From the human T2T-CHM13v2.0 reference genome, Homo sapiens: DNA of 64,000 bases. Positions 63,691-64,000 of the stretch are shown here, piece after piece (the stretch's first letter is position 1; each line of letters begins with the position of its first letter). Both the position numbers and the translations under genes were made by a program. The notes below the pieces were generated by a model that was given only the letters and a program-made list of their open reading frames with translations, was not told the DNA's origin and ran no database searches. Where the stretch lies: the NCBI RefSeq assembly GCF_009914755.1, contig NC_060934.1; one strand, written 5' to 3'.

Positions 63691-64000
63691 AGAGAAAACA
63701 GGCCAGGCACGGTGGCTCATGCCTGTAATCCCAGCACTTTGGGAGGCCGAGGTAGGCGGATTGCTTTAGATCAGGAGTTCGAGACCAGCCTGGCTAACAT
63801 AGTGAAACCCTCATCTCTACTAAAAATACAAAAATTAGCTGAGCGTAGTGGCACGTGCCTGTAATCCCAGTTACTCAGGAGGCTGAGACAGGAGAATTGC
63901 TTGAACTCGGGAGACAGGTTGCAGTGAGCTGAGATCGAGCCACTGTACTACAGCCTGGGAGACAGAGTGAGGCTCTGTCTCAAAAAAAAAAAAAAGAAAA

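Overview
Human genomic DNA (a human-specific AluYb8 is present), recognisable as the IDE-KIF11 locus (10q23.33). The minus strand carries IDE (insulin-degrading enzyme) coding exon 1 at 19258-19355 and about 19 kb of intron 1 running off the left edge. The plus strand carries KIF11 (Eg5/kinesin-5) coding exons 1-9 (38713-62170; 1128 nt = 376 aa, the motor domain and neck), running off the right edge. The genes are divergent with about 19 kb between their starts, and each has its own CpG-island promoter. The KIF11 promoter has CCAAT, GC-box, CDE/CHR and E2F motifs and an upstream CpG-rich satellite split by a solo ERV1 LTR. The rest is very repeat-dense: roughly 90 Alus (by eye), fragmented old L1s, L2/MIR, hAT DNA transposon fossils, microsatellites and an RPL11 processed pseudogene in KIF11 intron 1. 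Almost all ORF-track entries are Alu, L1 or GC-island artefacts. I cannot support a new stand-alone biological system. The best leads are: (i) a layered translational/splicing arrangement at the IDE 5' end (a uORF ending in a TAATG stop-start overlap with Met1, and a second splice donor with an in-phase strong-Kozak ATG); (ii) an (AG)19(TG)20 repeat next to the branch point of the 181-nt KIF11 intron 5; (iii) several DNA-repair/retrotransposition scars (a templated copy of intron 6 sequence in intron 4, a microhomology Alu-RPL11 fusion, an Alu inside a perfect tandem duplication, and a possibly hypermutated LTR). Repeat family names are from recall and need RepeatMasker/Dfam confirmation.
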